From the NCBI RefSeq assembly GCF_963921235.1, contig NC_086097.1, positions 163,308,001 through 163,372,000 on the forward strand: 64,000 bases of DNA. The letters are read 5' to 3'. Position 1 is the stretch's first letter; each line of letters begins with the position of its first letter. This DNA is from Mobula hypostoma. Taxonomy: Eukaryota. The position numbers and the translations under genes are program-made. Shown in pieces: positions 42,624-53,142 of this stretch. The notes beneath the pieces are model-generated. The model did no database searches and was not told where the DNA came from. It worked only from the letters and a program-made list of their open reading frames with translations.

Positions 42624-43469
42624 TGTTACGTACCCCGTAACTGGGTTGCCAAACCAGCAGAAATGGATCACTCAGTTGGAGTCTGGAGTACTAGAACTAA
42701 GAAAGTTTTATTACAGAAACAAGCAACACAGTAATCGAAAGGATAATAAATGCAACAGTTCAGTGATGATAAACACACATGTGCACAGAATTAAGATAAC
42801 AGCATCAATCAAGCTCTATCGTTGTCTAGGGGTAAATGACCAATTTCAAAATGACTCAAAGTTCAGTCCAGTTTAGTAGTTCAGTTCGCAGTAATCGTTG
42901 CCATGGCGGTGGACAATGTGGGGGAAGAGAGAGATAGAATAGGAACAACTCATCATTCAGAACGGCTTCACTCACAGACCAGCAGGATGGCTCACAGACC
43001 AGCGAGATGGCTCACAAACAGCTTTTTGGGTGGGTCCTTGGTGATGTCACCTGAGGTCACCGACTGTGACCCCTCCTCCAGATGCGGTCGATCCTCTGCA
43101 GTGAACCCGGCACCCAGGCAAGGGCGGACACACACCGGGTTCCCGCTGATCGTACCTTTCCACCCACTCGTGAGAAGCGTACCGCTTCCAGGGTCTCGTT
43201 ACCTCGGGTGGCGTGTGTGTGTCTTAGCGAACCTGTCCCTTTTTATCCCCCTGCTGGGGTATCGCCTGTCCATCACTTCAAACAGTTCAAAGGGGGGAGC
43301 CGCTCCAGACAGCTCTTCCTCCCACATCCCCTCATTACACATCCCCAGACGCTGCTCCATTGTTCCTTATCTCTCCTTCCCCTGAGGGCAGGTGGCAGAC
43401 CAACTGCTGATGCCACTGATGCTAGCCCAGGCCAGCAAACATCTTAATTTTATGTGTATTCTCGTAACA
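42624..43469 (-). repeat. 3' LTR (846 bp) of the Gmr1-like element
   Basis: Adjacent to the PPT. AATAAA on the minus strand at 42707-42712. Matches the 5' LTR except for two C/T differences seen by eye. Confidence 0.95.
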
Positions 43470-43481
43470 CTTCCCCCCTTT
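43470..43481 (-). promoter_or_regulatory. Polypurine tract
   Basis: Minus strand AAAGGGGGGAAG directly before the TG of the 3' LTR. Confidence 0.9.
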
Positions 43482-43641
43482 AAGGATTTTTACCGGGAGG
43501 TAAAAATTACAAACATGACTACATTATCTGATACATACACAATATACATCTTTAACAGTTATTTAGCTAATACAGAGAATTTGAAGCTGTCAATACCTTG
43601 ACAGACAGTCATCACATTTTCTGTTCCTTTTACACGTGTTA

Positions 43642-46629
43642 TTAATAATCCCTTAGACCAGGCTCCAACTCAGCAAACTTCATAGTGGCCAAAAACACTG
43701 ATGAATTGCGACCAATGTAACCTCTCATCTGGTTTTGTCCCGGACCACAACAACAAGGGTCGTCCCATTCCGACTCAATTTTCCCTCGCAAGGGCTTAGT
43801 AGGAGGGGGACGGGTATTGACCGCAGAGTTATTGCAAAACTTCCTGCAGTACCCCACCATCTCCAAAAGCCTTCTGAGGGCCCTCTTGTCTGTCGGGGTT
43901 GGGAGGTCAGCGATAGCCTGCACTGTAGCTTGCATCACTGCCAGCTGCCCCTGTGTCACCACAATTCCCAGGTAAGTGACATTCGCGTGGCCGAATTCAT
44001 TTTTTCCAAGGTTCACTATCAAGCTGGCTTCAGACAGCCGTGTTAAATTGCCAATACACACCTCTGTGTTCATCAGCCCTTTAGTCACTGAATTACTCAA
44101 AAAATATGGGTGTTGTTTACTTGGCCGCCCTATTGTAACCGACATAACCCAACGTCCCAGTTCTTTGCATTTCCTCGGGACAATCAAACACATGGGTGCG
44201 AGTCGTTTAATTACTCCTTTGGGGATTAAGGGAGAGACCTTATCAGTAGACCTGGCCAAAACAATAGCCTTCTCCCATCTGACCGATCCCATCCTAATCT
44301 TTTCAAAATGGTTTTTTCCTCTTATCAAGGGGCCCCTAGCTTCATTGATTTCCACGCTAACACCGACTAGGTTTGTTAGCATATCAAAAGCCGGTGACCG
44401 TCTCAGTTCGCGTCGGTCATGATCAATAACATTTTTCCCCCTGGGCAGCCGGTAACTCTCTTTCATGATTCCACCAACTGTTTCCTCCAGCACCGCAAAA
44501 TGTCCACCGGGGGGTACCTCGTGGGCCATGTTAAAAACCTCATCCCCATAACTCTTTTGCACCACCCCCCACTCCTCATCTGCGGATGCTGTACTTGATT
44601 TCCCTTTCTTCCTTAGCACTTCCTCATCCGCACAATAGCTTGTCAAGGCTGTGTCAGAGAGAGCGGTCTCGGCAAAAACCATCAGCCCCTCGTCTCGCTC
44701 CTGCGTCTGCACAAATTCTTTCCTGGCTACTGCTACGTCCGTCCCAGCTCCCTCACTACCTCTTATCTCACTACACCCTGTCTCATACAAGGTTGGCAGA
44801 AATGTTTCAGCCAAATTCACCATCGCGGGCGGGGCCTCCATGCTGGCAGGCTGACCCGTCAATCTCACGACTGGGAACACGATTCCTCCGGCGATGTCAT
44901 TACCGAGCAAGACTTCCACGTCTTTCATCGGTAATTCGGACCTCACCCCGATCGTGACTAGTCCAGAGACCAGGTTGCTCTGTAAATGTATCTGGTGCAA
45001 AGGGACTGACTCTGTCCCTTCCCCAACACCTTTGACCTCTACCTCCCCAGTCTGGGTCTCTGAGCTAAACTCTAATACACTCTTCAGTATTAGTGACTGA
45101 CACGCTCCCGTGTCTCTCCAGATCCGCACTGGAACTGGTTTTAACCTCTTTTTCACTGACACCAGTCCGGCCGAGATAAACCTCTCGCGCCCTTCCTGGA
45201 CTTTTTCAGACCTGTCCTTCCCTAGCGGTTCGCTTAACAGCTCAATACAGCCATTCAAAATTTCCGCTTTTCCTTTCCCCGTCTCCTTCCTTGGGGCAAA
45301 GCACCTGGACGCAAAGTGTCCGACTTTCCCACAATTATAACAGACAACCCCAGGAGACTTCCTACCAGACTGCTCCCGGTCTACCTTATCCTTTTCACTA
45401 GTCCCCGGCTTACTTTCTGACTTTTCCGGCGGACTCTCCCCGCCGTCCTGACTACCCTTCTGGTAGCCTTTACTCGGGGCAAACTTCATTTTATGCGTCA
45501 ACGCATACTCATCCGCTAACTTAGCAGTTGCGGCTAACGTGGCTGCCTCTTTCTCATCGAGGTAGGGTCTCATACCCTCAGGGACACAACCTTTAAACTG
45601 CTCAATCAGAATCAGCTGCAGCAGTCTGTCATAATCCCCCTCTACCCCTTTCGAGGCGCACCAACGCTCACAATATGTTTGCATCTCACGGGCAAACTCC
45701 AAATACGTGCGGTCCCACCGCTTCCTCGCATTCCGGAACCTCTGCCGGTATGCCTCCGGGACCAACTCATAAATCCTGAGGATGGCCTCTTTCACCACCT
45801 CATACTTCTGGGCATCTTCCGGGGATAAAGCGGAGTAAGCTTGTTGGGCCTTCCCTTTCAGTACACTCTGAAGTAAGACAACCCACTTATCCCTCGGCCA
45901 TTCCTGACTTATGGCCACTTTTTCGAAATGGAGAAAGTACCGATCCACATCGGTATCGTCAAATGGGGGAACCAGCCTAACCTCCTGGGTCGCCCGGAAC
46001 CCTCCACCTTGGTTCGGCACGAGCCCCTGCTCGGCCCTTATCTTTAACTTCTCCAGCTCAAATTCCCTTTCCCTCTGTTTCTCCTCTCTCTCCAACTGTC
46101 TGTCCCTCTCTCTCTCTTCTCTCTCCAACTGTCTGTCCCTCTCTCTCTCTTCTCTCTCCAACTGTCTTTCTCTCTCTTGCCTTTCTACCTCTTTCTCTCT
46201 CTCCCGCCTTTCTAACTCTCTCTCTTTCTCCTGCCTTTCTAACTCTCTCTCTTTCTCCTGCCTTTCTAACTCTCTCTCTTTCTCCTGCCTTTCTAACTCT
46301 CTCTCTTTCTCCTGCCTTTCTAACTCTCTCTCTTTCTCCTGCCTTTCTAACTGCCGTACCCGGAACTCGTGCTCGAGTCTCAGTTTTTCAAGCTGTACCT
46401 GTACCGCGTCTCCAGCAGGTTTTTCAATAGACACCTCCCCCAGCTCACCTTGGGGAAACACACCTTTAGATACATAGTGCTCTACAATAGCTCTGTGTAT
46501 CTCCTCTCTCCTCATTGTCGACTTCACCTTAGCAAGATTCACCCGTTTTGCCACAGCTATCAATTCCGATTTCCTGGCATCCTCTAATGCCTCCAAGGTC
46601 GGCGCCTTTATAAATTCCTCAACCTCCAT
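43642..46629 (-). CDS. 995-aa Gag-protease polyprotein with in-frame remnants of integrase and reverse transcriptase (catalytic cores absent)
   Basis: Coiled-coil repeats aa 95-190. Capsid/SCAN-like region aa ~219-378 (VPPF...YELVPEAYRQRFR...LILIEQF...LADEY). CCHC knuckle CYNCGKVGHFASRC aa 430-443. Aspartic protease RDTGA aa 505-509 plus LLGND aa 574-578. Integrase zinc-finger half AHEVPPGGH aa 702-710. RT start KQHPY aa 838-842. RT thumb LSEASLIVNLGKNEFG...YLG...LRRLLEMVGYCRKFC aa 865-932. No YxDD, DDE or RNase H motifs. Confidence 0.92.
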   Translation of the reverse strand: MEVEEFIKAPTLEALEDARKSELIAVAKRVNLAKVKSTMRREEIHRAIVEHYVSKGVFPQGELGEVSIEKPAGDAVQVQLEKLRLEHEFRVRQLERQEKERELERQEKERELERQEKERELERQEKERELERQEKERELERREREKEVERQERERQLEREERERDRQLEREERERDRQLEREEKQREREFELEKLKIRAEQGLVPNQGGGFRATQEVRLVPPFDDTDVDRYFLHFEKVAISQEWPRDKWVVLLQSVLKGKAQQAYSALSPEDAQKYEVVKEAILRIYELVPEAYRQRFRNARKRWDRTYLEFAREMQTYCERWCASKGVEGDYDRLLQLILIEQFKGCVPEGMRPYLDEKEAATLAATAKLADEYALTHKMKFAPSKGYQKGSQDGGESPPEKSESKPGTSEKDKVDREQSGRKSPGVVCYNCGKVGHFASRCFAPRKETGKGKAEILNGCIELLSEPLGKDRSEKVQEGRERFISAGLVSVKKRLKPVPVRIWRDTGACQSLILKSVLEFSSETQTGEVEVKGVGEGTESVPLHQIHLQSNLVSGLVTIGVRSELPMKDVEVLLGNDIAGGIVFPVVRLTGQPASMEAPPAMVNLAETFLPTLYETGCSEIRGSEGAGTDVAVARKEFVQTQERDEGLMVFAETALSDTALTSYCADEEVLRKKGKSSTASADEEWGVVQKSYGDEVFNMAHEVPPGGHFAVLEETVGGIMKESYRLPRGKNVIDHDRRELRRSPAFDMLTNLVGVSVEINEARGPLIRGKNHFEKIRMGSVRWEKAIVLARSTDKVSPLIPKGVIKRLAPMCLIVPRKCKELGRWVMSVTIGRPSKQHPYFLSNSVTKGLMNTEVCIGNLTRLSEASLIVNLGKNEFGHANVTYLGIVVTQGQLAVMQATVQAIADLPTPTDKRALRRLLEMVGYCRKFCNNSAVNTRPPPTKPLRGKIESEWDDPCCCGPGQNQMRGYIGRNSSVFLATMKFAELEPGLRDY
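46213..46347 (-). repeat. 27-bp coding tandem repeat (ERQEKEREL x5) in the Gag coiled coil
   Basis: Plus-strand unit ctgcctttctaactctctctctttctc repeated. A 33-bp unit (LEREERERDRQ x2) follows in the protein. Confidence 0.9.
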
Positions 46630-46705
46630 TTCTGCTGTTTGTCTTTTCTTTCTTTCGGGAATTTTAACCCAATCAATTTACTCCGTCCCAAATTTAGCGT
46701 TCAAA

Positions 46706-46724
46706 ATCGCGGACGAGAACCCCA
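46706..46724 (-). promoter_or_regulatory. Primer-binding site, tRNA-Pro-like
   Basis: Minus strand reads TGGGGTTCTCGTCCGCGAT, 4 nt inside the 5' LTR end. Canonical tRNA-Pro PBS is TGGGGGCTCGTCCGGGAT. Confidence 0.8.
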
Positions 46725-46728
46725 CTTA

Positions 46729-47574
46729 TGTTACGTACCCCGTAACTGGGTTGCCAAACCAGCAGAAATGGATCACTCAGTTGGAGTCTGGAGTACTAGA
46801 ACTAAGAAAGCTTTATTACAGAAACAAGCAACACAGTAATCGAAAGGATAATAAATGCAACAGTTCAGTGATGATAAACACACATGTGCACAGAATTAAG
46901 ATAACAGCATCAATCAAGCTCTATCGTTGTCTAGGGGTAAATGACCAATTTCAAAATGACTCAAAGTTCAGTCCAGTTTAGTAGTTCAGTTCGCAGTAAT
47001 CGTTGCCATGGCGGTGGACAATGTGGGGGAAGAGAGAGATAGAATAGGAACAACTCATCATTCAGAACGGCTTCACTCACAGACCAGCAGGATGGCTCAC
47101 AGACCAGCGAGATGGCTCACAAACAGCTTTTTGGGCGGGTCCTTGGTGATGTCACCTGAGGTCACCGACTGTGACCCCTCCTCCAGATGCGGTCGATCCT
47201 CTGCAGTGAACCCGGCACCCAGGCAAGGGCGGACACACACCGGGTTCCCGCTGATCGTACCTTTCCACCCACTCGTGAGAAGCGTACCGCTTCCAGGGTC
47301 TCGTTACCTCGGGTGGCGTGTGTGTGTCTTAGCGAACCTGTCCCTTTTTATCCCCCTGCTGGGGTATCGCCTGTCCATCACTTCAAACAGTTCAAAGGGG
47401 GGAGCCGCTCCAGACAGCTCTTCCTCCCACATCCCCTCATTACACATCCCCAGACGCTGCTCCATTGTTCCTTATCTCTCCTTCCCCTGAGGGCAGGTGG
47501 CAGACCAACTGCTGATGCCACTGATGCTAGCCCAGGCCAGCAAACATCTTAATTTTATGTGTATTCTCGTAACA
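46729..47574 (-). repeat. 5' LTR (846 bp) of the Gmr1-like element
   Basis: Adjacent to the PBS, TG...CA ends with a 7-bp inverted repeat, TATA-like GATAAAAA on the minus strand at ~47345-47352. Confidence 0.95.
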
Positions 47575-50500
47575 GCGGCCATTTAACAAACCACCACTCA
47601 GTACTAGTTTTTAAAGCAGTAAATGCGAAAACAGTCTTAAAGTGGTAAATTCAAACACAGTTCTTTGAATGGTAAATTTGAAAGTCCAAGAGATTTATAC
47701 AGTCAATTAGGAGAGACTTTCCTCGAAGACACGACGTTACTGTCAATCCCAGCCAGAACCTGCCTTGTCCACAGGATTCACGACAAGAGAAATAAAATGG
47801 TTTAAAGGCATTGACCTTTTTCTCTGTAGAATAGACTAGATTCTGCACAAACTTTCTGCTGCTTTTAGCAGAGGTTATCTCATCCAGGTCACTCTTACTT
47901 GAATGAATTCAATAATGGTTGACCCTCACCAAAATCGCCAAACGACTCCTTCAGGTTCCCGTCTTCACTCTCCAATATTACTGAAAAGGTACATCAATAA
48001 ATCTGGCAGCTATTGGTGAAACTGCCGGCCCAACATTTCTGTACCTTACAATAGAAAGTAAAACTCCGTTTTAAAACTATACTGCGTCATGAGATTAATA
48101 AGCAGTGTAGCGGAATATCTGACTGACGATCTAACTGAAAGCTAACTGCATCACCAGGGGACTACACTTATATACCTGGTGAGAACAGGTCATCACGTGA
48201 TCTCACATCGGCAGGAAAATTACACCATGTGACCTCCGCAAGACCATTACATCATCCTCATAAGCCAATCACAAGATATCCATGAAGTATGTAACAGGAC
48301 TTACTTCTGTCACTGTCTGTATGTTCTCTCCATGGTCACTTGGGAGCCTCCAGGTGCTGTACATTCCAAAGATGTGCAGGTTAATAGGTTAATTGGTCAG
48401 CACGGGCTCATTGGGGCAGAAGGGCCTGTTACCATGCTGTATCTCTAAATCTAAAGTTCAAAGTAAAGTTTATTTTCAGAGTACATACATGTCACCACAT
48501 ACAACACTGAGATTCTTTTTACCGTGGACATACTCAGCAAATCTAGAGAACGTTAACTCTAAGCAGGATCAATGGATAACAAACTGTGCAAATGGAAATA
48601 TAAATGAGTAACGGCAGTATGAAATAACAAGAAAAACAATCCTTAAAGTGAGATCATTGGTTGTGGGAACACCATGAATAGAATGAGTATAGTTATTCTC
48701 ATTTGCTCAAGGGCCTGATGGTTGAGGGGGTGTCCTGAGGCACCTGATGGCAGCAGTGAGAAAATTCAGTAGCCTTATCGCAGCTGGGTAGAAGTTGCCC
48801 TTGATCCTGGGGCTTTTAGGTTTTTTGTATCTTCTGCTGGAAGAAAGACAGAGAATGTTCGGTGTGGGTGGGGTCTTTGATTATTTTGGCTACTTTACCA
48901 GCGAGGCAGCGAAAAATGTAGACAATGTCCAGGGAAGGGAGGCTGGCTTCCGTGATGGGTTGAGTTGAGTCTACTGGAGTCATTCATTCCAGTTGACGAT
49001 TTGTACATCCCTGTGACAATTTCGGTCAGGTCATTAAATTTCTTTCGAGAAAATGCTGCAAATGCTGGCAGTCTGAAGTAAAAAAGCAAAATGCTGGAAA
49101 TCCACACCAGGTCATTTTTTTTGAAAGAGAAACAGAATTAATGTTTAGGTTGATGGCTTATTCTCAAAATTGGGAAAAGTTAGAATTGAAATAAGGGTTT
49201 TCTCTGATTGATTCATTTCTAACTTTTCCCAATTCTGATGAAAAGCCATTCATTTGAAACATCACCTTTCCTCTCATCACAGATGCTGCACGACCTTATG
49301 CATATTTCCAACATTTTCTGTTTCTGTTTCATTGAACATTTTTGTGTAGTACATCATGGACTATCAGTCCAGGGATTGGAACCAAAATAAGTTTGTTTTT
49401 GGTCTATTTACCTATATCCTTGCTCCTTGCTCTTGTTGCCAACTGAGACCTATCCAGTGGAAAAAAGGTTGTCACTACCCTGAAAACTTTTCCACCAGAA
49501 CTGTGGTGTTTTTCCTTGAAATCAAGCAGTAGGCTTTCTGTAATGTTAACGACTTCTCAACGTGCAGCCAAAATACACCTCTCTCTTAAAGCATGCTGGC
49601 TGCCTTTACTTAACACAGCAAAAGCCACTGGGTCCCTGCTGCTTTGTGCTCCCAGTAATCAGTGGTATCAGGCTGGCAGCATACGGCAATCATTGAAAAC
49701 AGCAGGCAGAATGCAACCTTCTAATTGAGTGGGATCGTTAAATTAAATCACATACAGTTTAATGAAAATGAGGAAATACACATATGAGGATAAAATGGCC
49801 TTCAGACCGACAAAGGAGTGTTAATATGGGTATAAATTTGTCTCTGGTGTCCACAGGACCTCAGGAGCTGTGCAGTTTCAAAAAATTGTTTGGTTTAGTT
49901 TTAAGGTAAGTCCATGTGTTGACTGTAAAGGTTGGGTAGGATTTGTGTGATTACTGAATCAGTACACAGTAAAACAGCTGCACGCTCACTCAAGTTTTAT
50001 CAGCACTTAAAATCACTTTTTAGAGCAAATGAAATTTACCTTCTTTCATTCAAAGTAGCCATTCCCTACTCTGAATAAAATGTCCCAAAGATACATATAA
50101 TTAGATAGAAATGGAATTATGGATATGGACCCAAACAGTGCACGTTGATGTTTATTTTTTTCACTGTCGTGATCTTTAGTTAAATTGCCTTCCTGCCTCA
50201 AGCCCTTTCAACCAACCATCTAAATAGCTGTTGCATGAGTTAGAGGTTACTTCAACAATGAACACAACATGATGGACTCAATGGTATGGGTGGGAGTCAT
50301 GAGGGCTGGTGAAACCCCCGGTCAATGAGGTCAGAAATCTGTGCAATTCCGGAAATTGAGACCCAAAAGTCAAACCTGTGATTAGTGAGCCCTGGGCTTG
50401 TAACCCCAGTGGTTGGCCAAATCTGGAGAGAAATACTTATGGTCAAATTCCAGCACTTGACAAGTTCAGAGGTAGAAGCCTGAAGGTTGAAGACCGAAGT

Positions 50501-52599
50501 TGGCGAGGTTGGGTGTGGAGGCTTGAAGGCTGTGCTTGTCTGGAGGTCCGAGGCCTGATGTCTGTGAGTTCAGACCAGGGAATGGTGGTTGGAGGCCCAT
50601 GCATGTGTGTGAGTGACAGGGTGGCTGGTAGAGTGGGATTTGCTGTTGTTGTTTTGTTGTCGTTGATGTTGTTGCTGCTTGTATGGTTCTGCTGAACCTT
50701 GTGGGCATGCTATGTCAGTGCCAGCATATGTGGCTACACTTGCAAACTGTTCCAGTACATCCTTGAGTGTTTTGATTGTTAACACAGATGACGCATTTCA
50801 CTATATGTTTCAATGTACATGTGAGAAGTAAGCCTGAAACTGAATGTGGCCGTGTCCTGTGCCTCCTCAAGAAAAAAACTGCATGGGGTGTTGGTCTTTC
50901 TTACTGAAATGAGAATGTTGAACTCAACTTACCATTTACATCCGCAAATTACAGTTACAACAAGCTAGTAAGAAGGAAAATGGTATTTGACTTCAGGAGT
51001 TGAGATGTCTAGCTCCAATTATAAAGATCCTTGTTGAGACTGCATCTGAAACATTATGTATGGCTCTGGTTTGCTTAATTGGGGAAACATTTCCCTGTGA
51101 TAGAAGGAGTACAGTGAAGATTCACCAGGTTGATTCTAGGAGTACACAAGGAGAGGTTAAGCAGACTGGATTTGCAGTGTAATCTCTTGAATTCATAATG
51201 ATCTCACTGAAACATACAAATCTCTTTTGGGGGCTTAACAAAGCAATAGATGTTTCCCCTGGAGATACAAAAGACTGAAGATGCTGGAAAGCTGGAATCT
51301 GGAACAAAAACAATCTGATGGAGGAACTCAGCAGGTCAAGTCAAGCAGCATCTGTGAGATGAAAGGAATTGTCAATGTTTCAGGTTGAAAGCTTGCATCA
51401 GGACCAAAAGTGAAGAGGCGAGATGGCTTGAGTGCTTGGAATATTCAAGACAGCAATCAGTGAATTTTAAATATTAATACAAATGAAGGGAAGTAGGGTT
51501 CATGCAGGGAATATGCCTCTGAGGTAGAACATCAGATATGATCTTATTGACTGGTGGAGCAGTCAAGAGGTATTGAATAACCCACTATTTAATGTGTTTG
51601 TGGATGTTTCCATTCATTCTATACGTTGAATATCTCGAGCCTACTTTCAATATTACAAGTTGGCACCTTTCCAGCTGCAATCAATCGCTTTATTCATAAT
51701 TTTCCAGAGACTCACCATCTTCTGTACAAATATGTTCCACCACCACAGAAACAAAATATAGCATAGTTCAAAGATTGGAAGTAAAAATGTAAGGTGCTGG
51801 AGGAGCTCAGCTGTTTGCTGGAATCTGTGAGGAAATGAAAAATGTTAATGCTTTCTCTTGCACTTTCACTGTTTTATTTTGTTGTTTGGCTGTCATTTAT
51901 TACCTATTTTGTCTCTTCAAATCTCTCTCCATACTAACACGGCTTCCCTTTGACTCCACGTAGCACTTTTTAAACATCGAATGTAGCAGCAATTAAATAT
52001 TGTGATAAGTGATATAAATTTCTAACCATCCTCAGTATACTTTTATGGACAATAAAATATCCTAGCAGACCAAGCAAGCTTTATGAACACAAAACTTCTT
52101 CCCCTGACACACATAAACTTCTGCCTCGCTTCCACAAAGTACCTGCCTGGAAATGGCAATAAAAATTATATGTAGGAACATTGGCTGAGAAAATTGAATA
52201 TCTGGCAGAACCAAACGAACTGTTTGCAGCAATGAAGAGAAGGAGGAGACCCACTAAAATTAATTTTCCTTTCAGAGATTCAGTTCATGAGCTCTTCCCA
52301 AAGACAGGTGCTTGGAACAAAATCTTTTTATGGTAACAGAGTTTGTAATAACATTGCATGAAGGAATATACTGTGCAATGAAGTATCTTGCATTTACTTT
52401 TCTGAGTGATTTTTACCATATTGATGTTGACTGATCTAGTGAGTAACTGCACCCATCTGATTCTTCTTTAGTATTCAACATCAAGTAAAGTGTGGATGAT
52501 GTCTTTGTGTGTGATTTTATTCACACTTCCCTCTTAGCCATCCGCTATCCCTCCCATCCCCAGAAACCCCAGTACAGTAGATCTCCTTCAAAGTACCTC

Positions 52600-53142
52600 A
52601 CACTATGCACTTACCAATACTTATCAATGTACCACAGAAAGCATCCTATCTGGAAGCAATGTGGCATGCTATGGCCACTGCTTTGCCCGTGAATGCAAGA
52701 AACTGCAGAGAGTTGTGGACATGGCTCAGCATTTCATGGAAACCAGCCTCCCTTCTATGGACTCAGTGGAGCAGCTGGCACAATCAAATACACTACCAAC
52801 CCCAGACATTCTCCCTTCCTCCTTCTCCCACCAGGCAGAAGGAGCAAAAGCCGGAGGACATGTCCCAGCAAGATAAAGGACAGCCTCTATCCTACTATTG
52901 AGTGGTTCCCAAGTATGATAAGATCTACTCTTGGCCTCACAATGTACATCGTTATGATGTTGTACCTTACTGGCTACCTGTGCTGCACTCTATCTGTGGC
53001 TGTTGCACTTTATTATACATTCTGTTGTTTTACCTTGCAGTAACTCAATGCATTGTATAATGAATCGATCTGTCTGAACAGTATCAAGAGGTTTTTCACT
53101 GTACTTTAGAACATGAGAAAACAATAAACCAATTCCAATACC
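52600..53142 (+). mobile_element. Rex1/Babar LINE 3' fragment
   Basis: TTESILSG...CYGHCFARECKKLQRVVDMAQHFMETSLPSMDS, with tail AATAAACCAATTCCAATACCA. Confidence 0.75.

Larger units (their letters stand above)
42624..47574 (-). mobile_element. Non-autonomous Gmr1-like Ty3/gypsy LTR retrotransposon, complete structure (LTR-PBS-ORF-PPT-LTR)
   Basis: Two 846-bp direct repeats (42624-43469 and 46729-47574), each with TGTTACG...CGTAACA termini. 4-bp TSD GCGG at 42620-42623 and 47575-47578. PBS and PPT present on the minus strand, single internal ORF. Confidence 0.96.
42498..48296 (-). mobile_element. Older solo LTR (~844 bp; pieces 42498-42623 and 47579-48296) split by the Gmr1-like insertion
   Basis: TGT...ACA termini flanked by the 4-bp direct repeat GGAC (42494-42497, 48297-48300). 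Minus-strand TATATAA at ~48168-48174 and AATAAA at 42558-42563. Confidence 0.8.

Noticed and set aside
42903-43447. 160-aa and 121-aa ORFs duplicated at 47008-47552
   Set aside because: They are antisense frames within the two LTRs. The duplication only reflects LTR identity and no domain is recognisable.
43735-46587. Plus-strand ORFs overlapping the 995-aa ORF (e.g. 45911-46477)
   Set aside because: Shadow frames of the polyprotein and its (CT)-rich repeat.
43642-46629. Domesticated host gene (SCAN/ZCCHC or Arc/PEG10-like) or an endogenous retrovirus with env
   Set aside because: It is flanked by near-identical LTRs and an exact TSD, so it is a recent mobile copy. Only ~160 bp lie between the stop codon and the PPT, leaving no room for env.
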